The position numbers and the translations under genes were made by a program. Under the pieces are notes generated by a model. That model did not search any database. It was not told the DNA's origin and saw only the letters and a list, made by a program, of their open reading frames with translations. From contig JAZNAD010000047.1 of the NCBI GenBank assembly GCA_045586345.1, positions 1 through 53,396 on the forward strand: a stretch of 53,396 bases of DNA, read 5' to 3'. This document shows, piece after piece, positions 8,624 through 18,400 of this stretch. Origin of the DNA: Eubacteriales bacterium (GTDB taxonomy: Bacteria > Bacillota > Clostridia > Oscillospirales > CAG-272). How positions within the stretch are numbered: the first letter of the stretch is position 1; each line of letters starts with the position of its first letter.

Positions 8624-9915
8624 AGGATATTGAAAAAATGTACCGAGAGTTAGGCATCAGCCACGAGGTCTTTGCCTACGGCGAGGCCGCACTCTCGCGC
8701 CTTGAGGAGCGCTTCCGAAAAATCGACGAGCGCGCCGAATACAACCAGCAGAAGGTGCTCGCCGCGATGCAAAAAAACCGCGTGAGCGCCACACACTTCG
8801 CCGCTACCACGGGCTACGGCTACAACGATGCGGGGCGCGATGCGCTCGAGGCGGTGTACGCCGACACCTTCCATACCGAGGCGGCGCTCGTCCGCCCGCA
8901 GATCACCTGCGGCACGCACGCGCTCACGGTGGCTCTTTCGGCCAATCTGCTCCCCGGGGACGTTCTGCTCTCTCCGGTGGGTGCCCCCTACGACACGCTT
9001 GAGGAGGTCATCGGTATCCGCCCCTCGCCCTGCTCGCTCGCCGAGTACGGCGTCAAGTACCGTCAGGTCGATCTTCTGCCCGACGGCTCGATCGACTACG
9101 AGGGCGTTGAAAAGGCTCTTTCCGAGAGGATCGCGCTCGTCACGATCCAGCGCTCGAAGGGATACGCGACCCGCCCGACCCTCTCGGTCGCCGAGATCGG
9201 CAGGCTCATCGCCTTCATCAAGGAGTGTCAGCCCGAATGCAAGGTCATGGTCGACAACTGCTACGGCGAGTTCGTCGACGTCATCGAGCCGAGCGACGTC
9301 GGCGCCGATATGACGGTCGGCTCGCTCATCAAGAACCCCGGCGGCGGTCTTGCACCGATCGGCGGCTACATCGTCGGCACGAAGGAGTGCGTCGAGCGCT
9401 GCGCCTACCGTCTGTCGGCCCCCGGGCTCGGGCAGGAGGTCGGCGCCAACCTCGGGCTTCTGACCTCGCTCTTCCAGGGCTTCTTCTTAGCACCCACGGT
9501 CGTGGCATCGGCCATCAAGGGTGCGATCTTCGCCGCCAATCTCTACGAGCCCTTGGGCTTCCCCGTCATCCCGAACGCGACCGAGGACAGGCACGACATC
9601 ATCCAGGCCGTCTCTCTTGGGAGCGCCGAGGGGATGGTCGCCTTCTGCGCCGGCATCCAGGCGGCCGCCCCCGTTGACAGCTACGTCACCCCCATCCCCT
9701 GGGCGATGCCGGGGTATGACTCCGAGGTCATTATGGCGGCGGGCGCCTTCATCCAGGGCTCGTCCATTGAGCTGTCGGCCGACGGGCCGATCCGCCCGCC
9801 CTACGCCGTCTACTTTCAGGGGGGCCTGACCTTCTACAACGCCAAACTCGGCGTTCTCCTCTCGCTCCAGAAGCTGGTCGAGCGCGGGCTTGTGACGTTA
9901 CCAAAAGATCCTTGA
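8620..9915 (+). CDS. YnbB / aluminium-resistance family PLP-dependent enzyme (methionine gamma-lyase-like)
   Basis: 431-aa ORF with TTGYGYNDAGRDALEAVYADTFHTEAALVRPQITCGTHAL. Its ATG overlaps the upstream stop (ATGA). Confidence 0.8.
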   Translation: MKDIEKMYRELGISHEVFAYGEAALSRLEERFRKIDERAEYNQQKVLAAMQKNRVSATHFAATTGYGYNDAGRDALEAVYADTFHTEAALVRPQITCGTHALTVALSANLLPGDVLLSPVGAPYDTLEEVIGIRPSPCSLAEYGVKYRQVDLLPDGSIDYEGVEKALSERIALVTIQRSKGYATRPTLSVAEIGRLIAFIKECQPECKVMVDNCYGEFVDVIEPSDVGADMTVGSLIKNPGGGLAPIGGYIVGTKECVERCAYRLSAPGLGQEVGANLGLLTSLFQGFFLAPTVVASAIKGAIFAANLYEPLGFPVIPNATEDRHDIIQAVSLGSAEGMVAFCAGIQAAAPVDSYVTPIPWAMPGYDSEVIMAAGAFIQGSSIELSADGPIRPPYAVYFQGGLTFYNAKLGVLLSLQKLVERGLVTLPKDP

Positions 9916-9947
9916 TTTGAAAAGTTTTATTTACAGGAGATAGCATT

Positions 9948-10934
9948 ATGTGGTTCATTCTTTCGCTTACAGCCTTCCTTTTCTGGAGTGGGTCAGACTT
10001 CTTCTCAAAGCTCGGCTCACACCCCAGGGACAAGTATTCGCACTGGAAGATGGTCATGGCGGTCGGCGCCGTGATGGGTCTTCACGCCCTCTTTGAGGTG
10101 ACGGTGAACGGTGTTTCGGTCACCTTCTCCGACATCCTCGCCTACCTGCCCGCCTCAGCGCTCTACATCGGCTCGATGGTGCTCGGATACATGGGGCTCC
10201 GTTACATTGAGCTGTCGGTCTCCTCTCCCATCTGCAACGGCTCGGGCGCGGTGGCGGCCATCCTTTGCATTGTCTTCCTCCAGGAGCTCCCGACGGCGCT
10301 CGGCTGGATCGGCGTTGCCGCGATCGCCGTCGGCGTTGTTTCGCTCGGCGTCGTCGAATGGCGCGAGAGCGACGAGGCGAAGGACCTGCGCCGCGCCGAG
10401 GGCATCAAGTATTCGCGTTCCTTCCTCGCCCTGCTCCTGCCCCTGCTTTACTGCCTGCTTGACGCGCTCGGCACCTTCATTGATGCCTTCATCCTGCGTG
10501 AGGAGCCGACCGAGACCTTCCTCGATTTCCTTCCGGCACTCGCCGAGGACACCGCCAACGTCTGCTATGAGCTGACCTTCCTCGCGATGGGTGTCTTTGC
10601 CGCCGTCTACGTCTTCCTTATTAAGAAGCAGTCCTTCCTGCCCTCCTCCGAGGTGCTGGCCGAGGACGGCACGACCGTCAAACGCCACCTCGTCCGCCAC
10701 GAGGCACCGAAGCTTGCCGCCGCCGCCTGCGAGACGGCCGGTCAGCTCGCCTACGTCTACGCCCTCGCCGATACCGAGCACGTCGCCTTCTCGGCCGCCA
10801 TCATCTCGTCCTACTGCGCGATGTCGGTGCTGCTGTCGCGGCTCTTCCTCAAGGAAAAGCTGTCGGTGTGGCATTATGTGGCGATCCTTGTGGCCTTTGC
10901 GGGGATCGTGGTGCTGGGTATTTCCGATCCGTAA
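9948..10934 (+). CDS. DMT-superfamily (EamA-like) transporter
   Basis: 328-aa polytopic membrane ORF with two EamA-like halves. Confidence 0.65.
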   Translation: MWFILSLTAFLFWSGSDFFSKLGSHPRDKYSHWKMVMAVGAVMGLHALFEVTVNGVSVTFSDILAYLPASALYIGSMVLGYMGLRYIELSVSSPICNGSGAVAAILCIVFLQELPTALGWIGVAAIAVGVVSLGVVEWRESDEAKDLRRAEGIKYSRSFLALLLPLLYCLLDALGTFIDAFILREEPTETFLDFLPALAEDTANVCYELTFLAMGVFAAVYVFLIKKQSFLPSSEVLAEDGTTVKRHLVRHEAPKLAAAACETAGQLAYVYALADTEHVAFSAAIISSYCAMSVLLSRLFLKEKLSVWHYVAILVAFAGIVVLGISDP

Positions 10935-10946
10935 CAGTTGGGGTGC

Positions 10947-11053
10947 GGGAGAGGCGGCGATCATAGGCGCCAAGCCCTTCCCTGCTTCACAAAGTAAAAG
11001 CTCTTCGCTTTTTCCCATAAGGTAGAAAACCGCCCACATGGGCGGTTTTCCTT
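10947..11053. repeat. 107-nt intergenic repeat element, copy 1 (ends in hairpin GAAAACCGCCC-acat-GGGCGGTTTTC)
   Basis: It differs at 2 of 107 positions from 11169..11275. Confidence 0.9.
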
Positions 11054-11168
11054 TTGATGGCGCCTATTAGCCGCCTTTTCGCCCTCTCGACGTACCCTTG
11101 TACGCCTTCGGAGCGAAGAAGGCGGCTTCTCCATCCACTCCCGCGCCCCAAGGCAGCATCTTCGCCGT

Positions 11169-11275
11169 GGGAGAGGCGGCGATCATAGGCGCCAAGCCCT
11201 TCCCCGCTTCACAAAGTAAAAGCTCTTCGCTTTTTCCCATAAGGTAGAAAACCGCCCCCATGGGCGGTTTTCCTT
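11169..11275. repeat. 107-nt intergenic repeat element, copy 2
   Basis: Direct repeat of 10947..11053, offset 222 bp. Confidence 0.9.
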
Positions 11276-11279
11276 ATAC

Positions 11280-11309
11280 AAAAAAGGAGCACGACTGTGC
11301 TCCTTTTTT
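11280..11309. terminator. bidirectional hairpin AAAAAAGGAGCAC-gact-GTGCTCCTTTTTT
   Basis: A perfect 7-bp GC-rich stem is flanked by A-run and T-run. It lies downstream of the minus-strand lipoprotein gene. Confidence 0.7.
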
Positions 11310-11319
11310 GAGTATGGGA

Positions 11320-11934
11320 TTACTCCGCGGGGGCATTGATCACCGTCGTACCATAGGCGGTGAAGGTGAAAGTGACGACAACATCCACCGTATCCCCTTC
11401 GCAGGATTGAAGCATGTTGCAGGACAGGCTATGCAGGCTTTCGCCCTCGTTCAAGGTGACAAGATTGTTTGTGGCAACGATAGTGGCGCGTCCCGCACCA
11501 AGGACATCGCATTCATAGGTGATGGCATCGTTGCAACGGTACCCCTCATTCGTAAGGGCAAACCGATCTCCCTCTGCGAGCAGGGCAAGGGCGGTGTCGA
11601 CAAAGACCGAGCGTACCATGGTGGCATCGTCGCCTTCATAGAGCTGGGGATCGCCTCCGTCGTTGTCTATCATCAAGCAATTGCCGTTGGCAAAATAGAT
11701 GTCGTAGTCAAAGTCGTCGCCATCCACGGTGCCCACCATCTTCATGGTGACGTTATCAAACTTCTCGGGCTCGCTGATCTCCTCAAGAACCTCCTCGGGA
11801 GCTGCCGTAGTGGTCACGGTAGTGGTGGTGGTCGTGGTTGCGGCAGTCGTATCGTCGGGGTCGCCAATCGGGCCACAGGCCGCCATGACGAGACAGAGGA
11901 CAACAACAGACGCAAAAATCAAAAGCTTTTTCAT
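11320..11934 (-). CDS. lipoprotein of unknown function (Thr-rich linker)
   Basis: Start trimmed to MKKLLIFASVVVLCLVMAACG (lipobox LVMAAC), with GGAG 7 nt upstream. A poly-Thr linker is present. Confidence 0.8.
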   Translation of the reverse strand: MKKLLIFASVVVLCLVMAACGPIGDPDDTTAATTTTTTTVTTTAAPEEVLEEISEPEKFDNVTMKMVGTVDGDDFDYDIYFANGNCLMIDNDGGDPQLYEGDDATMVRSVFVDTALALLAEGDRFALTNEGYRCNDAITYECDVLGAGRATIVATNNLVTLNEGESLHSLSCNMLQSCEGDTVDVVVTFTFTAYGTTVINAPAE

Positions 11935-12075
11935 ACTGTTCTCCTTTGCATACAATATTGTGTGGGCTTCACACGTTTAGGATTATAGCACCCACCCCAC
12001 GGAAAGTCAACGGCGCTTTGCCCAAAAATGGCGTTGATTTTTGTGCAAAAAACGAAAGAATAGCCAAGCATCGGC

Positions 12076-12104
12076 AAAAAAGGAGCACAGGTGTGCTCCT
12101 TTTT
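12076..12104. terminator. hairpin AAAAAAGGAGCAC-aggt-GTGCTCCTTTTT
   Basis: It has the same stem as 11280..11309 and lies just downstream of the stop of the 12127..15141 gene. Confidence 0.65.
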
Positions 12105-12126
12105 GCTTTTCCGAATTGCGGGGCGG

Positions 12127-15100
12127 TCATCTTCTCTGGACGGGGCCGAGGGCCTCATAATCAAACCCATACGTCGGGCCGGTTCTCGTCTGATCGAGGG
12201 CAAGGACGGCCTCGGCCTCCCGAGGATCGAGGGTCGCGGCGATCTCGGCGCGGACCTCAGGGAGGAGGGTATAGTCGTAATTGCGGGGATCCTTCATCAC
12301 CTTTTCATACTCGTAACGGAGGAAGTTGTACTGCTCGTCCGAGGTCGGGACGTAGCCGAGGGCACGGCGGTAGCGCCATTCCTCGCCCGAGAGGTAGCCC
12401 TCCTTGGCAGGGCCGTCATTGATCATGGCGGCGTAATCGACGTCACCGATGCGGTTTTTGCGCTCCTCGTCCAAGAGGGGCGTGCCGCCGAGAAGAATGT
12501 TGTTCTTGATCACGCAGAAGGCGGGCGCGCGGCGGAGGCGCTCCATCGCGGCGATCTCCTCATAGGCGAGGGTGACTTCTCCGCTTTCGGGCACGGTAAC
12601 GGTGTGCGAAGGAACCGTCACGGGGGTGTAATCCTCGGCAAGGTAGGTGTATTCGGGAATGAGAAGCTCGGTGCCTGCCGGGGCGGCGGACGACGTGTAG
12701 GTCTTGCCCGTCCACCGGGCGGGAGCGTAGAAATACTTGATGCGGTAGTCGGAATGGTCGAGAGCATCAAGGACAAGGCGCGTGCCGTAGAGGTGGTTGA
12801 CGTAGGCCGGGTCGCGCCTCTCACGGGCGGCGACGTCACCCTCCTCGAGGTAGATGCGGAGCTCGCCCGCCTTCATGCCCTCCCACCAATGGCCGGCAAG
12901 CGACTGGGAGGCATAGAAGTCGGCAGGGACATCGCCGTAATCGACGGGGTACAGCTCCTCCCTCCCCTCGACCACAAACTGATAGCGGCGATTGGTGACG
13001 GCGGCGTGCTCCTTCCCGAAGTAATAGTAGAAGAGGGCCGACTGGTTGATGCAGTCGCCAACGCCGACGACCGGCTTCTCGTCCTCGTCACCGGCGACCG
13101 ACTTGGCACGGGCGACCTCCCACGGATCGCGAAGGACCATAATATTGCCGAAGCAGATATTGCCCATCCCGGTCGAGGAATACCAGCCCTTATGGTGGTT
13201 GCACCTTGAATTCAGGGTCGAGACGATGTTGTAGTAGGCGTAGTTGCCGGCGTTCATCGTGTCGTTATAGACGGCGTTGTGCGTCTCATTGAACATATGG
13301 AAGAGGTTGTAGCGGATGTGGTTGCCGCGGCAATGCGTGCCGCTGGCGTAGTACATGCCGCCGTCCACGACGTCGGCACTGCCGCCCTCAAAGCGGTTGT
13401 ATTCAAAGATGCACTCGCCGGCGGCCGAGGCGTTCACGCAGGTGTTGCGGAAGTAGTTGTGCGAGATGACGGCGCGGCAATCGTTGCAGGAGATGGCGAG
13501 CTGGCGCGTGGGCTTGGCATCATGGAAGAAGCAGTTCTGCACAAGGTTGTCGGTCGGGACGAGGTTCTTGACCTGCGTTCTCCCCTCAAGGCCGAGCATA
13601 TGCGTGTAGGCCGCCGAGAAATCGGAATAGAGGACGGCCGAGCGGAAGCAGTCAAGGAGGGCGACCGAGCGCTGCTTGGTGTTCTTCACCGTCATGTGCT
13701 GGAGGATGACGTTGCGGCACCCTCTGAGCTCGATGCCCGTGGCGTTCGAGCCGTCGACCTCGATGCCGTCGATGATGGCGTACTCCAGCCCCTCGGCGGT
13801 GATGGGGGCGTACTCGGCCTTGCCCGAATAGCCGATCTTCGAGCCGAAGAAGCCTTCGCCGTTCTTCGGGTAGACGTAGAGGACGCCGGTCTCCTTATCG
13901 TAGAACCATTCGCCCGGCTCATCGAGCGCCTCGATGGCGTTGAAGAGGTAGAAGGTGTTGCGGCCGGCGGGCGAGTTGCCCGAATGCTTACAGCCGTAGA
14001 TGCTGTGCTCGACCGACTTTAAGGAGAAGTAGCCACGCTGTCCCTCATAGGTGTAGGGGCCCTCCTCATCGGGCACAAAGGCGCCGAGCAGGGGGGTCTT
14101 TTTCTCGGTGTCGCCCTCGGCGTAATGGGCGAACTCCTTGCCCTCGGTGGTAAGGGCGAGGTTGTAGTAGCCGAACTCCCAGCCCTCAAAGACCGAGCCG
14201 TAGTACCAGATGTTGCCGGTGTTGACCCAGGACAGGAGGAACTGCGCGCGCTCTTCGGCGGTCGGGTCACGGCGGATACTGCCGGAGGCATTCTCACAGT
14301 TGTCCTTGCCATTCAGAAGCCGGAACTGCCAGCCGATGTTGTGGAGGCGGTCACCGCCGAAGTCGCGGTCGGCACGCTCGGCCCAGGTCCAATAGAGGTC
14401 GGAGCCGTCACGCGCCTTGACCGTGCCCGAATCGTAGGGCTTTGTGAAATAGAGGAGCTCGTGGATGGTGGCCGAGCGGTTGGGGTAGCGCGCGAGGATG
14501 TATTCCTCGCCACCGACGAAGAGACGGGGGGCGCCGCCGCCGGCCCCTGCTGTGATCTCGGCCATATCGGCAGCCGAGAGGCCCTGCTCGGCAATGGTGG
14601 TCGAGAGCACCTTGCCCTGCGCCTCCTTCGGAAGACGCGCGGCGACGGGATCGGTCGCGGGGTCGGCCACGCGCCAATGCGCGCGGTCACTCGAGAAGCT
14701 CTTGTTCGCCGTGAGGACGGGATGCGCGCCGGGGGCGGCGCGGAGAATGAAGGGGGCATCGACGGTGCCGCTGTGCGCGGCCGTCAGGGTCGCCGCCTCG
14801 GTCAGCGAGTAGGTGCCGTCACCGAGGGTGATGGCGGCGCCGCCCTTGCCGGCGGTACGCGAGAGTGCCTCGGCGAGCGTTGCTACGGGGGCTCCCTCGG
14901 TGCCGGCGGCGGCATCGTCACCCGAGGGTGAGACGAAGATCTCGGTCGTAGCGCTTGCGGGGTACGCGGCAGTATCAAAGCGGGGGAGGACGGTGACCTC
15001 CGTCGGCAACTCATCACGCGTTGCACGGAAGCGTGCCTCAAACGCCGCGGCCGACATGGTCAGCGGCACTCTGCCGCGCAGGTCGGAAAAGCCCTCGGGA

Positions 15101-15141
15101 AGGTTCAATTCATACAGGTTCGGGGAAGACGTGTTTTTCAT
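12127..15141 (-). CDS. right-handed parallel beta-helix repeat protein (DUF1565/pectin-lyase-fold-like), no signal peptide
   Basis: 1004-aa ORF with FVSPSGDDAAAGTEGAPVATLAEAL, GNSPAGRNTFYLFNAIEALDEPGEWF and RYNLFHMF. It is a paralog of the next gene. Confidence 0.8.
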   Translation of the reverse strand: MKNTSSPNLYELNLPEGFSDLRGRVPLTMSAAAFEARFRATRDELPTEVTVLPRFDTAAYPASATTEIFVSPSGDDAAAGTEGAPVATLAEALSRTAGKGGAAITLGDGTYSLTEAATLTAAHSGTVDAPFILRAAPGAHPVLTANKSFSSDRAHWRVADPATDPVAARLPKEAQGKVLSTTIAEQGLSAADMAEITAGAGGGAPRLFVGGEEYILARYPNRSATIHELLYFTKPYDSGTVKARDGSDLYWTWAERADRDFGGDRLHNIGWQFRLLNGKDNCENASGSIRRDPTAEERAQFLLSWVNTGNIWYYGSVFEGWEFGYYNLALTTEGKEFAHYAEGDTEKKTPLLGAFVPDEEGPYTYEGQRGYFSLKSVEHSIYGCKHSGNSPAGRNTFYLFNAIEALDEPGEWFYDKETGVLYVYPKNGEGFFGSKIGYSGKAEYAPITAEGLEYAIIDGIEVDGSNATGIELRGCRNVILQHMTVKNTKQRSVALLDCFRSAVLYSDFSAAYTHMLGLEGRTQVKNLVPTDNLVQNCFFHDAKPTRQLAISCNDCRAVISHNYFRNTCVNASAAGECIFEYNRFEGGSADVVDGGMYYASGTHCRGNHIRYNLFHMFNETHNAVYNDTMNAGNYAYYNIVSTLNSRCNHHKGWYSSTGMGNICFGNIMVLRDPWEVARAKSVAGDEDEKPVVGVGDCINQSALFYYYFGKEHAAVTNRRYQFVVEGREELYPVDYGDVPADFYASQSLAGHWWEGMKAGELRIYLEEGDVAARERRDPAYVNHLYGTRLVLDALDHSDYRIKYFYAPARWTGKTYTSSAAPAGTELLIPEYTYLAEDYTPVTVPSHTVTVPESGEVTLAYEEIAAMERLRRAPAFCVIKNNILLGGTPLLDEERKNRIGDVDYAAMINDGPAKEGYLSGEEWRYRRALGYVPTSDEQYNFLRYEYEKVMKDPRNYDYTLLPEVRAEIAATLDPREAEAVLALDQTRTGPTYGFDYEALGPVQRR

Positions 15142-15190
15142 CGTTTCTCTCCTGCTTTTTCCTTATTTTTTGCGGTGTTCCCGCACCTTC

Positions 15191-15219
15191 ACTATAAAGC
15201 AATCTCCCTCCCCCGTCAA
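15191..15219 (-). promoter_or_regulatory. sigma-A type promoter for 12127..15141
   Basis: Minus strand: TTGACG, 17 nt, TATAGT. Confidence 0.5.
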
Positions 15220-15407
15220 CCCCCGGACGGCGTTGTTCACGTTTTGTTAACATTACCTCTGCAAAGGGGGACGCATCGCGAAGGATTGCACAGAGAGGCA
15301 CGGCGAGACGCACTTAAAAAGGCTCCCCGGTGGGGGAGCCGTAAAAAGGCGTACGGCCCCCACGGCTGCAAACGCAGCCGTGGCGTATCGCCGTTTGAGC
15401 CCGCGAG

Positions 15408-15436
15408 AAGGGGGCAGGCCGAAGCCTGCCCCCTTC
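15408..15436 (-). terminator. GC-rich hairpin AGGGGGCAGGC-ttcg-GCCTGCCCCCT downstream of the 15441 stop
   Basis: It is a perfect 11-bp stem. Two further hairpins follow (about 15340-15400). Confidence 0.6.
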
Positions 15437-15440
15437 TTTC

Positions 15441-18400
15441 TCATTGCCAGAGGGAATAGTCGTAGGAATACGTAACCCCGCTCCTCCAACAGCTTATCCT
15501 CGAGACGAGGGCATAGCCATCATCGGTGAGGGCGTCGTCTATGGCGGGGAGGACGCTCTCCTTGATGCCGTACTCGTGCGCATCGGCATCCTCCATAACG
15601 TCACCGTAGACGTAGTGGAAGTAGTTGCTTGCAACGCGGGTGGTGTCGATGTAGCCAAGGTAGTTGACAGCATCGTTCGTGACGATGCGCCAGGGATCGG
15701 ACTCGGTCGTATACTTGCCGTTCTCCATCGTGGCGCGACCGCCGAGGATCACATTGTCCTGAATGACCGAGACCGAGGGCTGGCGGCGGAAGCGCTCCAT
15801 CGCCGCGATCTCCTCGTACGTCAGGGTGATATGCCCCTCGGAATCGGCCGCGCGCACCTCGAGGGGTGCGGTCACGACCGTCCCAAGCTCGTTCCTGTAC
15901 TGATACTCGGGGATCAGGATCTCGGTGAAGGCGGGAACCGTCGCCGTATAGGCCTTGCCCGAGAGAGTCCACGGCGCATAGAAGTAGCGCGGATGGTAGC
16001 GCTCGCTCTGGGGGACGGAGGTATCGGCGTAGGCATCAAGGATCAGCTTGGTGCCATAGAGATGGTTGATGTAGGCAGGATCGCGCTTCGCCCACTCGTC
16101 CGTCAGGGCGGTCTCAAGGTAAAGCTCTACCTCCTTCGTCTTATTGCCGACCCACCAGTGACCCGCGAGCGACTGGCCGGCAACAATCTGCGTGCCTGCA
16201 TCATTCTTGATGGGAGCGCCCTTCATATCCACGAAGGAGTAATGCGAGGCGGAGCCGCCGGCGCTGTAATTGTCGCCGAAGTAGTAGTAAAAGAGGGCCG
16301 ACTGGTTGACGAGGTCGTTGGCGCCCGTATAGACGACGTCGCCCTCGTCGCCCGCCGAGGAGCCGGCTGTGGCGACCTGCATCGGGTTGCGGAGCACCAT
16401 AATGTTACCGTAGCAGACGTTCCCGACACCCGACGAGGAATACCAGCCCTTGTTGCGGTTCGACTTTGACCCAAGGGTCGAGATGACGTTACCGTAGGTG
16501 TAGTTGCCCGAGCACATCGTGTCATTGTACACGGCATTGTGCGTGGCACGGAACATATGGAAAAGGTTGTAGCGGATATGGTTGCCGCGCGAGGTCAAGC
16601 CGCCCATATACACCATGCCGCCGTCCACAACATCGGCGCTGCCGCCCTCAAAGCGGTTGTATTCAACGATGCATTCGGTGGCGCTGCCCGTGCTCACGGT
16701 GGTGTTATGGAAATAGTTGTGCGAAAGAACGGTGCGGCAGCCGCCGACCGAGACCGCCGTATGCAGGGTGGGGAGGGCGTCGTGGAAGATACAGTTCTGC
16801 ACGATGACGTTTGTCGGGGCCATCTTCCGCATCGCGGCAGAGAGCGAGAGATTGATCATCACATTCGAGGCTGCCGAGAAATCCGAATAAATGACGGCGG
16901 TATCGGTGACCTCACCGCCGAGTGTGAGGCAGGTGCCGCTCACGTTTCTCACCGTAACGTCCTGCAAAACGATCCTGCGCGAATTCATGATGTTGATGCC
17001 GTTATTGGTTGCTCCGTCCACCGTGATACCGTCAATGACGACGTTCTGGATCGCGGTCAGCGAGAGGAGATGAAAGGGCTTGGCGCCGCGCACCTCCATG
17101 TCCGCTTCGTGAAAGCCCTCGGTGGGATAGAGATAAAGGATGCCCTTATCGCGGTCAAGGAACCATTCGCCGGGGGCGTCGAGCGCCTCAACGGCATTAA
17201 AGAGATAGAAGGTGTTGCGGCCGGCAGGCGAGTTGCCCGACATCTTCGCGCCGTAGATGTTGTAGGTCATCGACTTCAGCGCATAGCCGCCGTCCTCCTT
17301 CAGCTTGCCAAGCAGAGGCACCGAGGGATCGTCGGGGGAGGGGTGCGACCAGTCCTGGCCGCCGCCGGGGATCTCGTCGGCATCGGTGAGGGCGAGGTTA
17401 TAGTAGCCGAACTCCCAGCCCTCAAAGACCGAGCCGTGGTACCAGATGTCGCCCGTATTGACCCAGGAGAGGATCTCCTCGCCGAGCGGACCGTCGGGAA
17501 TGCGGATCTCCCAGCCGACATTGGCCTTTTCACCGTAGCCCCAGCGATTGGCGCGCTTGATCCAATCCCAGTAGAGGTTCGAGCCGTCGCGAGAGGTGAC
17601 GGTGCCCGTGTCGTAGACCTGGGTAAAATAAAGGAGGTCAAGGGGCTCGTTGCTGTTCGGGAAGCGAGCGAGCGTGTAGGGCTCGCCGTCAACGTACAGG
17701 CGGGGCGGGCCGCCCGAGGAGCCTGCCTTGATCTCGGCAAAGTCGGAGGCCGACATCCCCTGTGCCGCGAGGGTCGTATAGATGACGCGGTCGCGCGCCT
17801 CCTCGGGGATGCGGTCATAGACGTCGGCATTGGCGGTCGGGGACAGGGCGCTCCAGAGCGCTTCGTCGGTCGAGATATCCCTGTTCGCCGAGAGGATGAC
17901 CTCCTCGTCCTCCCATGCCTTGATAAAGAGGGGGGACAGGCGCATGCCGCTGTGCTCACGCTTCAGCTCGATCGCTTTGTCAGTGTAGTAGGTGCCGCCC
18001 ATCATATAGATGACGCCGCCCGCGCGGTCCTCCATGCGCGCGATCGCCTCGCTGAGGGTGGCAAGGGGCTCCTCCTTGGTGCCCGCAGCCCCGTCGTTCC
18101 CCCTCGGGGAGACGAAGAGCTGGCGGCTCCTTGAGGCAGGGTAATTGTCAAGAGATACGCGCTCGACCGTCGAGACCTCGTCGGGGAGCTCGGCCTTGGT
18201 AGCAAGGAAGCGCTGCATGACAGTGCTCGCCGTCATCGTAAGGCCGACGTCGTTCTCGAGCGACGGCAGAGTTGAGGGCAGATTGAGAGAAAAGAGGGGA
18301 ATAAGACCGACATCGCCCGTCTTCGGCGTTTCGTAATCCAGCCTGAGACGGCGCCCCGAGCCCTCCATCTCCTCGCAGAAGGCGAGCACGGCGTCGTAGG

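Noticed and set aside
10947-11261. Small minus-strand ORFs M[WG]AVFYLMGKSEELLLCEAGKGLAPMIAASP encoded by the 107-nt repeat
   Set aside because: The start codon sits in the loop of the terminator-like hairpin with no RBS. The conservation is explained by the nucleotide repeat itself.
12091-13209. 372-aa plus-strand ORF (also 13279..14022, 14125..14931, 15444..16469 and 16539..18134) opposite the beta-helix genes
   Set aside because: These are antisense shadow ORFs. The minus-strand proteins show strong paralogy and proper signals.
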